A stretch of DNA of 63,366 bases, filler included, from Dugesia japonica (Eukaryota), in the NCBI GenBank assembly GCA_001938525.1. It is 6 parts of 6 records of this genome, joined end to end, with 100 filler letters (N's around TTAATTAATTAA, not from the genome) between each part and the next. Parts side by side here need not be neighbours in the genome. Positions count along the whole stretch, not along the records: positions 42,670 to 52,090 come from MQRL01645649.1; positions 52,191 to 63,366 come from MQRL01611846.1; 4 more parts are not named here. One strand, given 5' to 3'. Below, one piece after another: positions 50,380 to 63,366 of this stretch. A program made the position numbers and the translations under genes. Position 1 is the stretch's first letter; each line of letters starts with the position of its first letter. A model generated the notes under the pieces. That model saw only the letters and a list, made by a program, of their open reading frames with translations, was not told where the DNA came from and did no database searches.

Positions 50380-51309
50380 CATGCATTTTTCTATCGTAAA
50401 CCATATGTTAAATATGTTCAGTTTTATATTTTGAGTTCATCAATATCAAATGTATATGATCAAATGTATATTTCTCGACTCATACTCTTTTATCCAAGGT
50501 GCGTATGGTACTTGTTGATTTTATATCTTTCAAATCAATCTTATTTGTATAACAAACCCTATACGAATTATGTTTAGAATTTTATTCTGAATCAAATTGT
50601 AGTATATGTGACGCGATACAATAAGTTCTGACTGAAGAATTCGTAAATCAAGGTCAACTGTACCAGTGCGCTGGTACCTTGATCTTGAAAACTAAAATTA
50701 TTTATATAGCAAGCCATATATAAAAACTGTTCAACATTTAATTCTGAGTTTAACAATATCAAATTTGTTTGCTTATCATAAGTATTTTCCGAAATAATAA
50801 TTCTTTATCCAACTGTTGGACATGTCACCCGGCCATTTTCTATCTTTAAAACAGAGCATATTTCTACAACAAACTCTATACGAAATATGTTCGGAATTTT
50901 TTCTTTATCCGATGCTATTATTTTGAGAGCCATACGAAAAGCTTTGATTGAGACATCTATAATAAAAGTCAAACTGTTCCAGTCCGCTAGTATCTTTTCC
51001 CAGAAAACCAAGAATATTTTTCAGCACAACCTATACAAGAAAATGTTCACCCTTTAATTCTAAGACGATCAATACCAAATTTGAATTTATACGAAAAAAT
51101 TCGACCGAAAAATTTAAAAAACAAGTTTTTAATATACGAACTTCTCAAGCATAAATTCGATCGTTCGAACCTGAATTTGAGAAACACTTTTCATGTATTT
51201 ATAATCTCCAATTAAAATGCTACAATATTAAAACAGTGAAAACTCTTAAATTAGTAAAACATTCGGCGGATGGGGTGTTTCTGTTTCAGTGCGCTAGTAT
51301 CTATCTACT
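50380..51309 (-). repeat. Non-coding repeat family ending in a Polinton-type terminus; internally duplicated
   Basis: 50760-51309 aligns by eye with 52697-53225; ends GTGCGCTAGTATCTATCTACT. Confidence 0.7.
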
Positions 51310-52090
51310 AAAGTTTTATATAGTAGTGAATAAATATTGTTTCTGAGTCGAATTAGTTGCTATTGAATACAGATATGTTTAAAATAAGGGTAACGTTGTT
51401 TTTAATTTTTCATTCCTTACAGTGGTTCTAAATGAATTTTTAAATGTCCCTGGGAGGTCTATATATTTCCCGGGCAGTTTCAAATATGTCTCTGAGTAGT
51501 CTGGGTAATAATGTATATCCAGAGAAGTCTAAAGATTTTCAGGAATGTGCATTCATATTAAATTTGTGTTGCAAAAATATATAATATATATTTAAATTGT
51601 TTCCTCACTATTTATAAAGAATATTAATAAATAGGAAAGACAATTTTCAAATATAAAATATTTGTTTATAAGCATTACAATACTTTTCATCTTCATTTTT
51701 AACCACATTGAAGGTAATGAGATATATCAGAATTTCTGTTATAAATATCTTTTAAAGAATTTAATATAAATTCAGATTCAATACTTTCAATTCATTTGGA
51801 ATACGGACATATTTAGGATCGAGCTCACGCAATGTTAAACCATTGATTGATATTAGTAAAGAAATCAATATCTCTACAATAAATACTATTCCACCAGGTG
51901 TGGTGAATATCTCAAGGAATGAAAAAGGAATAATATTAATCGATGTTATTGCAAATCGAAGTACAAAAGTTTCTTTACATAATGAAAATAAGTTATTTCC
52001 TAATACAACAGTGACAGTGGTCAGTGATCACTTGGTGTCTGTAGTTAAGTTCCTTGGTAGATGTATTTCACATTTTGATATTAACAAAAT

Positions 52091-52190
52091 NNNNNNNNNN
52101 NNNNNNNNNNNNNNNNNNNNNNNNNNNNNNNNNNTTAATTAATTAANNNNNNNNNNNNNNNNNNNNNNNNNNNNNNNNNNNNNNNNNNNN
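52091..52190. other. Artificial scaffold-joining spacer
   Basis: N44-TTAATTAATTAA-N44. Confidence 0.97.
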
Positions 52191-52460
52191 GAGCAAGCAA
52201 AGATGAAGGCAAATAGTGAAGGATTTTATTGAAAAGATAAAACTCTTATTTTTCATGTTGAAACCTATATTGAACTCAAATTGTAATAGACTTAATCCTT
52301 TTTCCAATAAAATAAGCCATGAGTTATTAATATTATTTGAAACTTAATAAATAAATATAAAGAAAATATAAAAAAAATTCGGCAAAATATGGAGAAATTG
52401 AGCAAACTATGGGAAAATAGGGGCAAAAATACGGTTAAGTGATGAATATATGGTAAACAG

Positions 52461-52627
52461 GATAAAATAGAGGTAAATAGGTAAAATAGGGGTATATAAT
52501 TGTAAATAGGGGTAAATTATGGTAAATAATGGTTAAATAAGGGTAAATAGGGGAAATATAGAGGTAAATGGTGGTGAAATATTTACCATTATATACCCCT
52601 ATTTTACCTATTTAGCTCTATTTTATC
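52461..52627. repeat. 48-bp inverted repeat within GGTAAATAGGG-rich low-complexity DNA
   Basis: 52461-52508 vs reverse complement of 52580-52627 (2 mismatches). Confidence 0.85.
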
Positions 52628-52696
52628 ATTTTTTACACACGGGGGGTGGGTGGGTACGCATGTGTGCAGAGGTTGACCACTACTATCTATCTACTT

Positions 52697-53225
52697 ACAT
52701 TTGTTTGATTATCATAAGTATTTCTTGAAAAAATAATTTTTTATCCTGTGTGACATGGCACCTGACAATTTTCAATCCATTGAACCAATCATCTTTCTAC
52801 AGCAAACACTATACAAAATATGTTCTGAATCGAATAGTATTATTTGTGATACGATACGTTTTCACCGAGAAATTTAAATAATAAGTCAAAGTGTTCCGGT
52901 GAGCTACCACCTTTATCTTGGAAACTAAAGAATTTATATTGCATATCATATACAAAAAATGTTTAGTTTTTGATTCTATGACGATCAATACTAAATTCGA
53001 AACCATACTATAAAATTTGACTGAAAAATTTAAGAAACAAATTTTCCTTATTCGAACTTTCCGAGAAAAAATTCGACAGTTCCAATCCGAATTCGAAAAA
53101 TTTTTCATGTATTCGTAACGTCCAATCAAAATGCAACATGTTAAAACCAGCAAAAACAGTCAAAATATCAAAAACAGTCGGCGGCCGGGGGGGGTACTGT
53201 TACCGTGCGCTACTGTCTATCTTCT
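52697..53225 (-). repeat. Second copy of the Polinton-end repeat family
   Basis: Homologous to 50760-51309; ends GTGCGCTACTGTCTATCTTCT. Confidence 0.7.
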
Positions 53226-53459
53226 TTAATTGTCTGATTATAGAAATTATTCCACCAAAATTAATTGCAACTAAATATTTTATTAAATGGCGTTTTATTT
53301 GTATGGGAAAGTTGCTAATGTTTTCTGTGTTTTAGTTACTTTTGTTTGAATTCTTTTAACTTTGGCTATAAACACAAATTAGTTAAATAATAAAATGAAT
53401 AGATATAAATATAATGAATAATGAATTTTATCAAATCAATAGAAATCAATCAATAGTTT

Positions 53460-53862
53460 CATTTTCAAGCATATTTTCAATGGCCCATTTACTGAATTTA
53501 CGGCGTATTTCAATGTCTGCTGGCTTTATTTTTTACGTTATTTGAATCTTGAATGCCTTAAAATAAAGATCCTCGTGCAAAATTCTGAATAACGTCGTTC
53601 TTTGAATGGATAGTTGTTGTGAACGACAACGGATTGATGTTTTTGGTTTCTCACTTACACTACAGCTTACAGCTGCAATAACTTATGCCGTATTTAAAAT
53701 AATTTTTTACCATTAAAACTTTTTGTTCAATGTTATAACGATTCATTTTTAAAAACCGCATGAATTCCTATTGCTTATTCAACAATTATTGATTTAATAA
53801 AACAATACAGAAATAAATGGAATTAAATTTAAAATGTAACCTTAAATTGGAACATCCGGTAT
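53460..53862 (-). mobile_element. Tc1/mariner-superfamily (maT/DD37D-like) 5' fragment
   Basis: End TATACCGGATGTTCCAAT; MNRYNIEQKVLMVKI HTH start; RRKFSKWAIENML. Confidence 0.6.
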
Positions 53863-54194
53863 AAAATTTTATTTATAAATAAAAACAATCAGCAATTAAT
53901 TATAATATTAATTTGTAAAAGATTTNAATATAAAAGAAAATTAATAAAAATATAAAAATTAGTTTTATATTATAATTTCTTTAATTAATATCAAATTAAT
54001 AATATTTTCAATTTTAATTTAAATTGTTAAAATTATTTTATTGGAAAAATTTTTATTGATGAAAATTTAACAATGAAACGAAATGATTGAGCGTTTTAAG
54101 TTTGGAAATTTTATTTCACTTGTTCTATTTACTAGAAATTGTTTTAAATATTTTAATGCTAAAATATTATATTAATAAAAAATAAATAACTCAC

Positions 54195-54950
54195 TGGAAA
54201 TGGCAATTTTACTTTTGGGATTCGATTTTCATGTCTCGACAAATAATGTGCTTCTAGATTATTTGCACCTTTATAAGCTTGGAGAATCTTCACCAATTCT
54301 GCATTAGTTTTCATTGGGAATTCTTGACCAGTTAGATTGATGAGGTATTTCCAATCTTTATATCTTTCATAAAGTTCTTTCATACAGTTTAAATCTGCTG
54401 TCAATACAGACATTTNNNNNNNNNNNNNNNNNNNNNNNTTTTTTGTATTGACTATATTGCCATATTTTGAGTTGAGACATTTTACCAATTCATTTATAAA
54501 TTTTACAAGTTCTTTACTAGATTTCTTATCGACATGAATACAATAATAGTTCCATGGTCGATAAATCGTTCGTAATAATCTTTCAACCTGAGACCCGTTT
54601 TTATAAACAACAATAGTAAAAGCAATTTTAAATGTTCTTTCTATTTTATTGATGTAGTTTAATATATAATTTTGTTCCAGTAAAAATTTATTGCAATTAT
54701 TATGAATTCTTTTATACAATAGATTATCTGTGTCTTTACTTTGATCTCCTCGCCAATTTTCAGCACTCTTTAGCAAATTTGAATTATTAACTCCATTCAA
54801 TAATTTATCACAATCAATATCGATCGGTTTTATATATAAAAATGTAGGATCTTTTATGTCTTTATTACGCAAAGAAAAATATAAAACTATTAAGCAGACT
54901 AATAAAATGATCTGTAAATAAAAAAATTTTTTAATGGTAATTACTCTCAT
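54195..54950 (-). CDS. GCNT: Core-2/I-branching beta-1,6-N-acetylglucosaminyltransferase (GT14, GCNT-like), first coding exon
   Basis: Type II transmembrane anchor; IAFTIVVYK, ERLLRTIYRPWNYYCIHVDKKS, ADLNCMKEL, WKYLINLTGQEFPMKTNAELV; donor CCA|gtgagt at 54194; later exons not found. Confidence 0.92.
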
Positions 54951-56271
54951 GATTTCATTTTATTGTTTTTAGTTGTTGAAATATGAATTAATTATATATC
55001 CGCCGTTATTTAACCCTGAAAATAAATATTTTAAAACAAAATCTTTTTAATAATTAACATTGATATTTTGTATTAAATTAGAAAAATCTAAAAATTGTAT
55101 TGCTGTCAAATTTTATATTTAGGCAAGCTTGATTTTATTTTTACTTTCATTAAAATCCAAAAAAGATGGACTCTTTAAATTATTGCCAGACTAAAATAAA
55201 TATTCCACTAGTAATAATCAAAAATAATCATACCTAAATACTTGGTATTATGGAAATTTCCATCTCGATGACTTTAAGGGTAAATGATGATTATTTGCAC
55301 AAGTTTTAAATTTATCTGTAGATTATTTTCAGAGTAAATACTTTTACTTCAATAATAACCGTTTTTTGTTTCATTTAACAAGCATAAGAATTTTATAAAA
55401 ATATTCTCAAAATATTTCTCAAAATATACTCAAATTGACACANNNNNNNNNNNNNNNNNNNNNNNNNNNNNNNNNNNNNNNNCTTATTGTATATAGATCG
55501 AAGCAATTTGTTCGATATGTTTTTGAATATATATATTTAAATTAATACCTTCGTTAATAAACACTTTTCCCGAGATGATATTTTAACTTTGTATAGTAAC
55601 TTTGTATAGTAATATTTTTACTTCTAAGTTCAATTATACCAAATATGTAACCATGCGCGTTATCTCCGCACAGCGAATGGAGCGATAAAATATGAAATTT
55701 GAGTTTTTTCGAGATAAAACTTTATTTATTTCAACCAGAACAATGTTTGACGATTTCAAATTATGATATTCTTGATCAGTGTAAAATTCTCTTTCGAATA
55801 ACCGCTCAGTTGACCAATTTTTAGGCCGAAAATTTTTTTTAAAAACATTCTTTGAAATATTGGAAAATTGAAAAATAAATTTTATAAAATTTTTAGCTAT
55901 TTGGTATAAAAACTTTGAAATCTGAAAATAGAAAATATTTTTTCAAAAAAATTTTGAACTTTTCACCCGTATTCAATAAAAAAGGTTACATTTAAGAATA
56001 AAAAATTTAAATTATTTTAACCATTTGGGTTGTTCACTCGAATTTCCGTAAAAAATCCCATAAAAATTTTTCCTAACTAAAAATGAGATAAATAGTTAAA
56101 TAATTAATAAGATTACGTAAAATTTCGACGATTAAATGAATTCAATGACATAAATTGTTAACAAAATATTTTTTTCCAACTACTAGGTAGTTTCATTAAT
56201 TCTCGCTTTATTTTAATTATAAGAAGAAAAGTAAAAAAAACTCCAAATACATTTATTTTTAGATAACACCT

Positions 56272-58196
56272 CATTCACAGTAGCGTCCATCATTGCTAAC
56301 AACATATTCCTATCTTTCTGGCAACAAATAAATTCCATGATAAAAAAATTTCTTCCTTACCCATTTAGTCAAGCCATTTCTGGATATCAAAATGATTGGT
56401 GAATTGCTGTTTACAAAGGCCCTATTGCATTGAGCGAAAAAGGAGATTATAACTTCCCATCTGAATTCTTCAAATTCTACAAATTCATAAAATTATACAC
56501 AAATTATATAATTAGTTTTATTGTTCATAATTCTTTTTATAAAAATTTTGTATTATTTACAATTATTTATTTATAACATTTAATTATTCATCATTCTATT
56601 TATAAAAATTTTATATTACCACTAAACAAAATCACAATTAAATAATGTTAAATTAAAAGATTTACAACTGATAAAAATAAAACTCATAAAATAAAATCAC
56701 GATCGAATGATGTCAAATATCAATAAATATAGTCAAATCCCAGATCACGATAGTCAAATCCAAGGGACGTTGAACTTTTGCATCACGATTGATATCTTCA
56801 TTGCTTTGCTTGATTCTTGATCTCTCTGCACATTCATTCTTTTTGTATGTCTGTGTGTGTATGTCTATTTTGTTTGTGTGTATTTCATGTCTGCGTCTGT
56901 ATGTCAATAACTCAACATTTATAACAATTTTAACATAGCTACTGACAATTGTTGTACAATTGCAAAAGCTCTAATACTGCTAATAGATAGCAAGAAAATT
57001 TATAAAACAATTTAATTTTTTATTAAGCAAACTAAACTGCTTACCAAGATAATAATTTTTTTTTAAAACTTGTTTCTTTAACCTGAACTGCTTTTTTTAA
57101 CAATCAATTTATTTTAACGTTAATAACAGCTTGTATAAGCTACCGATAATTTTAGTTTTGTATTTGTTGCCTTTCTACTGATTTTCAATCAGTATTTATA
57201 CCAAAAATCTTGTTTATTTTTTATTAGAGAAATTTCTGAATAAATTAACATTTACCTGAATTGGTAATATTAAATTACTCAAATTAGAAATTCGAATAAA
57301 CTAAAATAATTAAAAATTTAGATTACTATTTTTAGTAATTAATAATTTTTGAGAAAATATTTCCTTTAATGACCTTGAGAAATAAAAATTTTATTAATAA
57401 ATTAAAACAACTATAAAAAATATTTAATAAATATATTTATAAATTAATGTAAGCTTAGCTTACAACCCTAACAATAAGCTAAAAATAAAAAATCCCCCTT
57501 TGATTCCAAAAATAAATAACATCACCTTGTTTCTATTTAAGTCTCGTTTTGGTGTTGATTTTCCGGGTTGACCAGGCTTTACCTATGATTTTCTTAGTTT
57601 TGGGTTATCATAAGAAATCCATTTTTCATCAAGTAACAATGTGATGTAAAAAGAACTTTTTTCTTTGCCTGCTGAGCAGCGTCTAACAAATGTCTAATCG
57701 TTTTGCGGTATCTGCTTCTTTCAATTGATGAAGCAACCATTTACCGACTTTCTGTTTGTATCCAATGGCTTTTAGTCGTATGCTTATGGTAGATTTATTT
57801 ACAATTAATAATTTCTGGCATTGTTTCAATTGTTCCGGATCGTCTTTGATCAACACCTTTTTCAAATAAAAGTCACCCATTTTGAATTACCGAAACCATT
57901 CTCGACAAAATGTTTCAGACAGAGCAAGCATCCTATGACTTTCTGCAGCATTTCTGTAGTGATGAAAACAAAAAAGTAACGCCTCTCGCAAATGTGCGTT
58001 TTTTGAATTAAAACTAGTCATATTAAATAGATCGGTTTTCGTTTGCTGTACAACTTAGCTAAATAAAATACCATTATTTTAACATTAAAATATTAATACT
58101 TAACAAATCTTACCGATTGATTTAAATTATCGCTGAAATATTTAATAAGTTAGTTGATTAAAACATACAGCGGGAATTAATGTAACTATGTAATAA
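56272..58196 (-). mobile_element. Mariner (Mos1-like) element split by nested insertions
   Basis: 58021-57535: HLREALLFCF, CREWF..FKMGDF, STISIRLKAIG, GKWLLHQL, DEKWISYDNPK; 56480-56272: GIYLLPER*EYVVSNDGRYCE*. Confidence 0.85.
56690..56917 (-). mobile_element. LTR fragment related to the solo LTR at 59792
   Basis: Begins TGTTGAGTTA with an (AC)-rich tract and GATCAAG repeats, like 59792-59950. Confidence 0.55.
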
Positions 58197-59519
58197 ATAC
58201 ATAGGAAAAATACTTAAACACATAATATTACCTAAAAAGATGTCAATTTTTTAAATTTCCAACTAAAAACATGGAGATTAAGTATCATGACATCTCTAAT
58301 TCTGAGTGTATACACCCACAAAATGTTGCAATGCGCTCATATCCATCTACTTATAATACCATAAAAAACTTGTATGACTTATTAGAATAAATATATCTCC
58401 ATAGAAACAGTATGTTATCCAATAAACCTATATAAACCTTATAGATAGTCTAAAATCACAATTGAAGCTTATAAAGCTATGTAGATAATTTAAAATTACT
58501 ATGTAAAAACTTACAAGATTATAAATAACTTGTAAGGCTATGTAAACACTATAGATAATTTTTTCTATACGTTTAATTAGAGTATTNTATGGTCTTTATA
58601 GTTTTATCAGGTAATGCATATATCTTTTCATAAGTAAATATTTTATTAAGAAGTTAAATAAATATTTATTTTTAAAAAAATATTAACTTTTAAGTAATAA
58701 CTTTTATTTATTTAGATTTTAACAAATTTTTAGATAAAAAACATTAATTTGTTAAAACAAAGCAATTATTTTTTTAAAATGAAACATCTTTATTATAAAA
58801 TTCTATAAAAACCTACATTTATTTCTTTATCAATCATTAATTTTTGTCCGCACAGAGGGTCGGTTTGTGCCTTCACAAGTTGATTTAGTTAAAACCTTTT
58901 AATTAAATCAAACCTTTTTTAAACATTTAACAATCAATATTTGTAGCTCTAAAGATGGCAGGTTTTTTAATTCACAGTAGTATTACTTCTACTTATTACT
59001 TCTTATTATGCTTCTAAACATTTTCCTTCAAATTTCTCTTTTCATATTTATCGGTTATTACCCAAAAATTTGTTCATTTTTCCAAATAATTTTTGATAAC
59101 CTTTTCCATATTAATTTGTAAGAGAAAATTGACTCTCTCCCAATATTCATACTGTAGCCATTCCTTTGAGTACACATTTATTGTGAGAAATATATCCTTG
59201 AAGATCTCATTAAGTATATCTAAAACTAAACAATAAAAAAATAAAATAAAACATACTTTTCTTTTAAAGAAATAGTTCTTCTTTGAAAACATGTTCTTCT
59301 CAAAATTTTGCTTCGTGATTTAAATTTTCTCACAATTTTTATAATTAATTCAAAAGTAAAATATTGTTGAAATAAAATATATTATGCATGTACTATAAAC
59401 TACCACAACGTAATACATTTAATTATTTGAAAATTAAATATAAAAATTTTAATTGATATGATTTGTACTTGAATTTTACATTTTTTGCATCTGTGCTGTA
59501 AATTTTCTAAATTATTCAA

Positions 59520-61590
59520 TCAACCCCTATGTACACATAAAATCTATAAATCTTTAAAAAAAATAACTTATTTTCAGTAGACACAAAAAACCAAACATTA
59601 ATCAATGAAAAATACTCATAACAATTATACATTCATAACCTTGAACACTCATAAAACTCATACATTTATAAACACTATAACTTCATACTCATAAAAGTAA
59701 TACAAACATAAACCCTATTAATTCATAAACCATATACATTCATTAACCAGAAATATTCATAAACCTTATTCACTCACAAAACCCATACATTTGTTGAGTT
59801 AGTACACACGCAGATATACACACACAAATATACACACACATGCAGACATATAAAATAAAGAGAATCAAGATCAAGAAGCCATCAAAAGATGCAGAAAATA
59901 ATTATCAAGATCAAAAGAGGCAGAAGATGTGAAGATGATCCTCAAATGTTATAACAGCAAATTATCTGACATTGAATTATCTAATTGCGTTTGACTTGTG
60001 AATTATTATGATTATCTGACATTGAATTATCTAATTGCGTTTGAATTGTGAAGTATTATTTTGTGAATTATTGTAAATTGTTTGTGAATTATTTGCTTTT
60101 GTTATAAATAGCTATATTATTCAAATTAAATAGCTATGTCATTCAAATGGTTGTACTATAAATAAGTCAATAGTAAAATTGGTAATACTTTATTATTAAT
60201 ATTCTATAAATATTTTCTGAATAATACTTTATTATTAATATTTTATAAATAAATAATTTGTTATAGAAAAATTCTATAAATATTTTTATGAATAATAATT
60301 TGTTTTAATAATGAATGATAATTTATTTTAATAATGGATGTTTGAATGATTGATAGGTGTGTGTTCTAAAAATCAGTATAAATACTGATGATAATTGTAA
60401 ATTTTTCAGACATTCTTTGAANNNNNNNNNNNNNNNNNNNNNNNNNNNNNNNNNNNNNNNNNNNNNNNNNNNNNNNNNNNNNNNNNNNNNNNNNNNNNNN
60501 NNNNNNNNNNNNNNNNNNNNNNNNNNNNNNNNNNNNNNNNNNNNNNNNNNNNNNNNNNNNNNNNNNNNNNATAATATATCTTTTATATATATTACAGTAT
60601 CTACATATATTGATTAACAATAAAATCAGTTACACATAAACGAACGAACCATAAATATCTTTTGTTGAGTTGTAATACCTAACACATTCATAAAACCTAT
60701 GCACTCATAAACCGTATACATGCAATAATCAAATACATCCATAAATTCTATACATACATAAACACTATACATTCCCAATCCCCATACACTCATAAACCAT
60801 ATTCACTTATAAAACCTATACTTTCATAAACCATTTTCAATCATAAGCCATAGAAAAATTCATAAATCTTATACAGCCATAGTCCCTATAAACTGATAAA
60901 CACTATTCCTTAATAAACCCTATACATTCACAATTCCTATACACTTCAAAACCCAATTCACTTATAAACCATGAATAGTTATACACTCATAAATATCATG
61001 CACTTACAGAACCTAAAAAATGATAAACTCTAAACATTCATAAACCTATAAATCTATTTTAAAAAAATAGAAAACATTTACACAGTAAATTCATAAAACC
61101 TATAAACACAAAACCATCAACATTCATCAATGAAAAATACTCATAACTCGTATACACTCATAAAACCCATAAATTCATAAACAATATACACTCACAAACT
61201 AAATACACTTATCAACCCAATTAATTCATAAACAATAAACATTCAATAACCAAATATATTCATTGAACCTTAACATGCATAAAATCTATTCCCTAATAAA
61301 ATCCATGCACTCATAAACTAAATACATTCATAAAACATATATTCACAAACCTTCACTCATAAACACTATTCACTCAATCAACAACACTCATAACCTGATA
61401 CACTCATAAAACCCATACATTCATAAACCAAATAAATTCATAAACCCTCTACACTCATAAATTATACTTCTTCATAAATCTTTACATTCATAAACCATAT
61501 TGACTCATAAAACCAATACATTCATAAACTGTATGCATTCATAAATCATATACACTTAAAAACCATATACATTCACTAACAAAATACATA
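59520..61590 (+). repeat. Degenerate ~17-18-bp C/A-rich minisatellite (CATTCATAAACCCTATA-like), interrupted by a solo LTR
   Basis: Read directly; very low G on the + strand. Confidence 0.85.
59792..60684 (+). mobile_element. Solo LTR with 4-bp target-site duplication (CATT)
   Basis: CATT|TGTTGAG...CCTAACA|CATT; TGTT/AACA inverted ends; internal 50-bp tandem duplication ~59960-60060. Confidence 0.75.
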
Positions 61591-62633
61591 TGGTTTTAAT
61601 GAAGGCATTTTTCATTTTCCGAAGAAAATGAAGAAGTTCCTAATGAAATATATGAAAGGAAATTCATTTCAAACTTTTTAATCTACTTTTCCAAAACGAC
61701 TCCCATGCAAAACACTTTGGTTGTCATCTTTCAGTGACTGTTACTGTATTTACAACTCCCACTTTAGTGCTAGTTTCCCTTTGAATATTTAAATCATAAA
61801 CGTTTATTCAAATAAGAGAGATATATAAATAAACATATTATTTAAGCAAATTTACCTATTTTACTTGTTATTCTTTTATTTTAAGTGAAATTTAAATTAA
61901 TTTGAAGAATTAATTTTTCAAAAAAATAATGAAAATTAATGTTTCAAAAATCAATTAAATTTTAAAAACTGAAAAAAAAATTAAAAGATCTACTTAGAGT
62001 CTAGAATACATTGATCGAAGAAATGAAACATAAATTACCCTACGATAAATAATGATAAGAATTATTTTATTTTGTGATATAACAATGAAAAAATATGTAA
62101 CTTAACATTGCTGAAATTATCTTGTTAATTTTATAAATAAATTTAATAGGTTTATTAAAATTGTATTACCGGCTGTATAGAGATTATTTTCAACATTTCA
62201 ACTATCGAGTAAAGTGTTAAAACATTCCAAAGAAATTTGAAATCGAATGAAGAAATTTAGAAAATTTACTGTTGCTCTATGTATTGTGTATATACAAAAT
62301 AGTGAAAACGAATTGAGACGAATAATACGAAAAACTAATTATAACTCAGCTACTAATAGATTATGAATTCAACTACAATTGGATATTGATAATAAAGAGC
62401 ATCTTTACTAACTTCAAACTAATAAAACCAAATTTTCCAATTCTATGCGAGATTTTGATGTAAGTTACACGAATTGGATCTCAGCCTAAGAGTCATTACA
62501 AAAAAAAGATAAACTTGAAAACTATTAATAATCAACTAATTCAACAAAAGGACAATAGTGTTATAAATACAATTACTGTGAGAATAATTGTTAGACTTGA
62601 ACATTGATCGGTTTTCAGATTTCATTAAAATAT

Positions 62634-62771
62634 AAGCTTCGATCAAATTATTTTTTTTTATAGTATTTCAAATTTTCGACTTTATCTTCGTCAGGAATTG
62701 AATTTTCATAACGAAGACAAAGTTGAAAATTCAAAATACTATCAAACACAAAAATAATTTGATTGAAGCTT
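62634..62771. repeat. Second palindromic hammerhead-containing element (degenerate)
   Basis: AAGCTT-bounded inverted repeat; minus strand CTGACGA-A-GAT AAA GTC-GAAA; flank 62580-62640 matches the reverse complement of 13985-14045. Confidence 0.75.
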
Positions 62772-63366
62772 TTATTTTAATGAAAAGAACAATGATTTTA
62801 AAATTTCGTTGAGTGAATAATAAAATTGTTATCGTTATATTACAAAATATTTAAGTAAAGACCCAAAAATTGTAACAAATTTTCGATAGAAATAATTGAA
62901 CTTTGCCACTAAATATTATAAAGTTATTTGTATAGTTTTTTTTTTCAATATTTTTTGACAATTTATAATGTCAATAGCTGTTTACAATTGTATTTAAAGA
63001 ATGCTTGGGTTGTGTAAAAGAATTGTAAACTATTTAAACTTTAAAAATGCATATTTAATTAAAAATTTCTAATTTCTTTTATTTATTTGTGGAAATAATT
63101 TATATTAAATAAATTGGTGTAATTAATAATGAATAAATAATATTCAGAGAAAATGTCAATTATTTTAATATTTAAATATTCAAAAAATANNNNNNNNNNN
63201 NNNNNNNNNNNNNNNNNNNAATGATATGATATTCATTGATGATCCATTTGAGAGAATTATAATGACTGAGGAAATCATTGGTCTGAATAATGAAGATTCG
63301 ACCTGCAACTTGTCAATAGAAAAAATTCAATGTCACGACTAATATATCTCTAAGACATTAGTTGTG

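Noticed and set aside
51777-52090. Possible host exon (open frame after ttcag)
   Set aside because: No recognisable family, truncated at the scaffold edge, and the upstream donor phase is inconsistent.

Overview
This is AT-rich eukaryotic DNA. Introns of about 45-52 nt, (ATT)n microsatellites and the transposon content suggest a planarian-type flatworm, but that is inference. The window is not one locus: five identical 100-bp artificial spacers (N44-TTAATTAATTAA-N44) join six separate scaffolds (1-10134, 10235-18957, 19058-28315, 28416-42569, 42670-52090, 52191-63366). Host genes are a complete 5-exon cathepsin L (minus strand), the 3' part of methylmalonyl-CoA epimerase, and the first coding exon of a core-2/I-branching GlcNAc transferase. 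Most of the rest is mobile-element debris. Polinton/Maverick (adintovirus-like) pieces include pPolB with an embedded endonuclease VII, packaging ATPase, chromo-integrase, minor capsid, a QxGG core protein and many AGTAG-type termini. There are also several Ty3/gypsy elements, mariner/maT fragments, a Penelope RT fragment and a solo LTR. Three things stand out. (1) Scaffold 1 is a Polinton-like element whose cargo includes a decayed TATA-binding-protein (TBP)-like gene and an intact spliced acidic micro-gene, neither recovered intact by the ORF track. (2) Two palindromic elements carry inverted minimal hammerhead-ribozyme cores. (3) A spaced array of a palindromic 13-mer lies upstream of paralogous coiled-coil ORFs beside a gypsy pol. 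All assignments come from manual translation and motif recognition; no searches were run.
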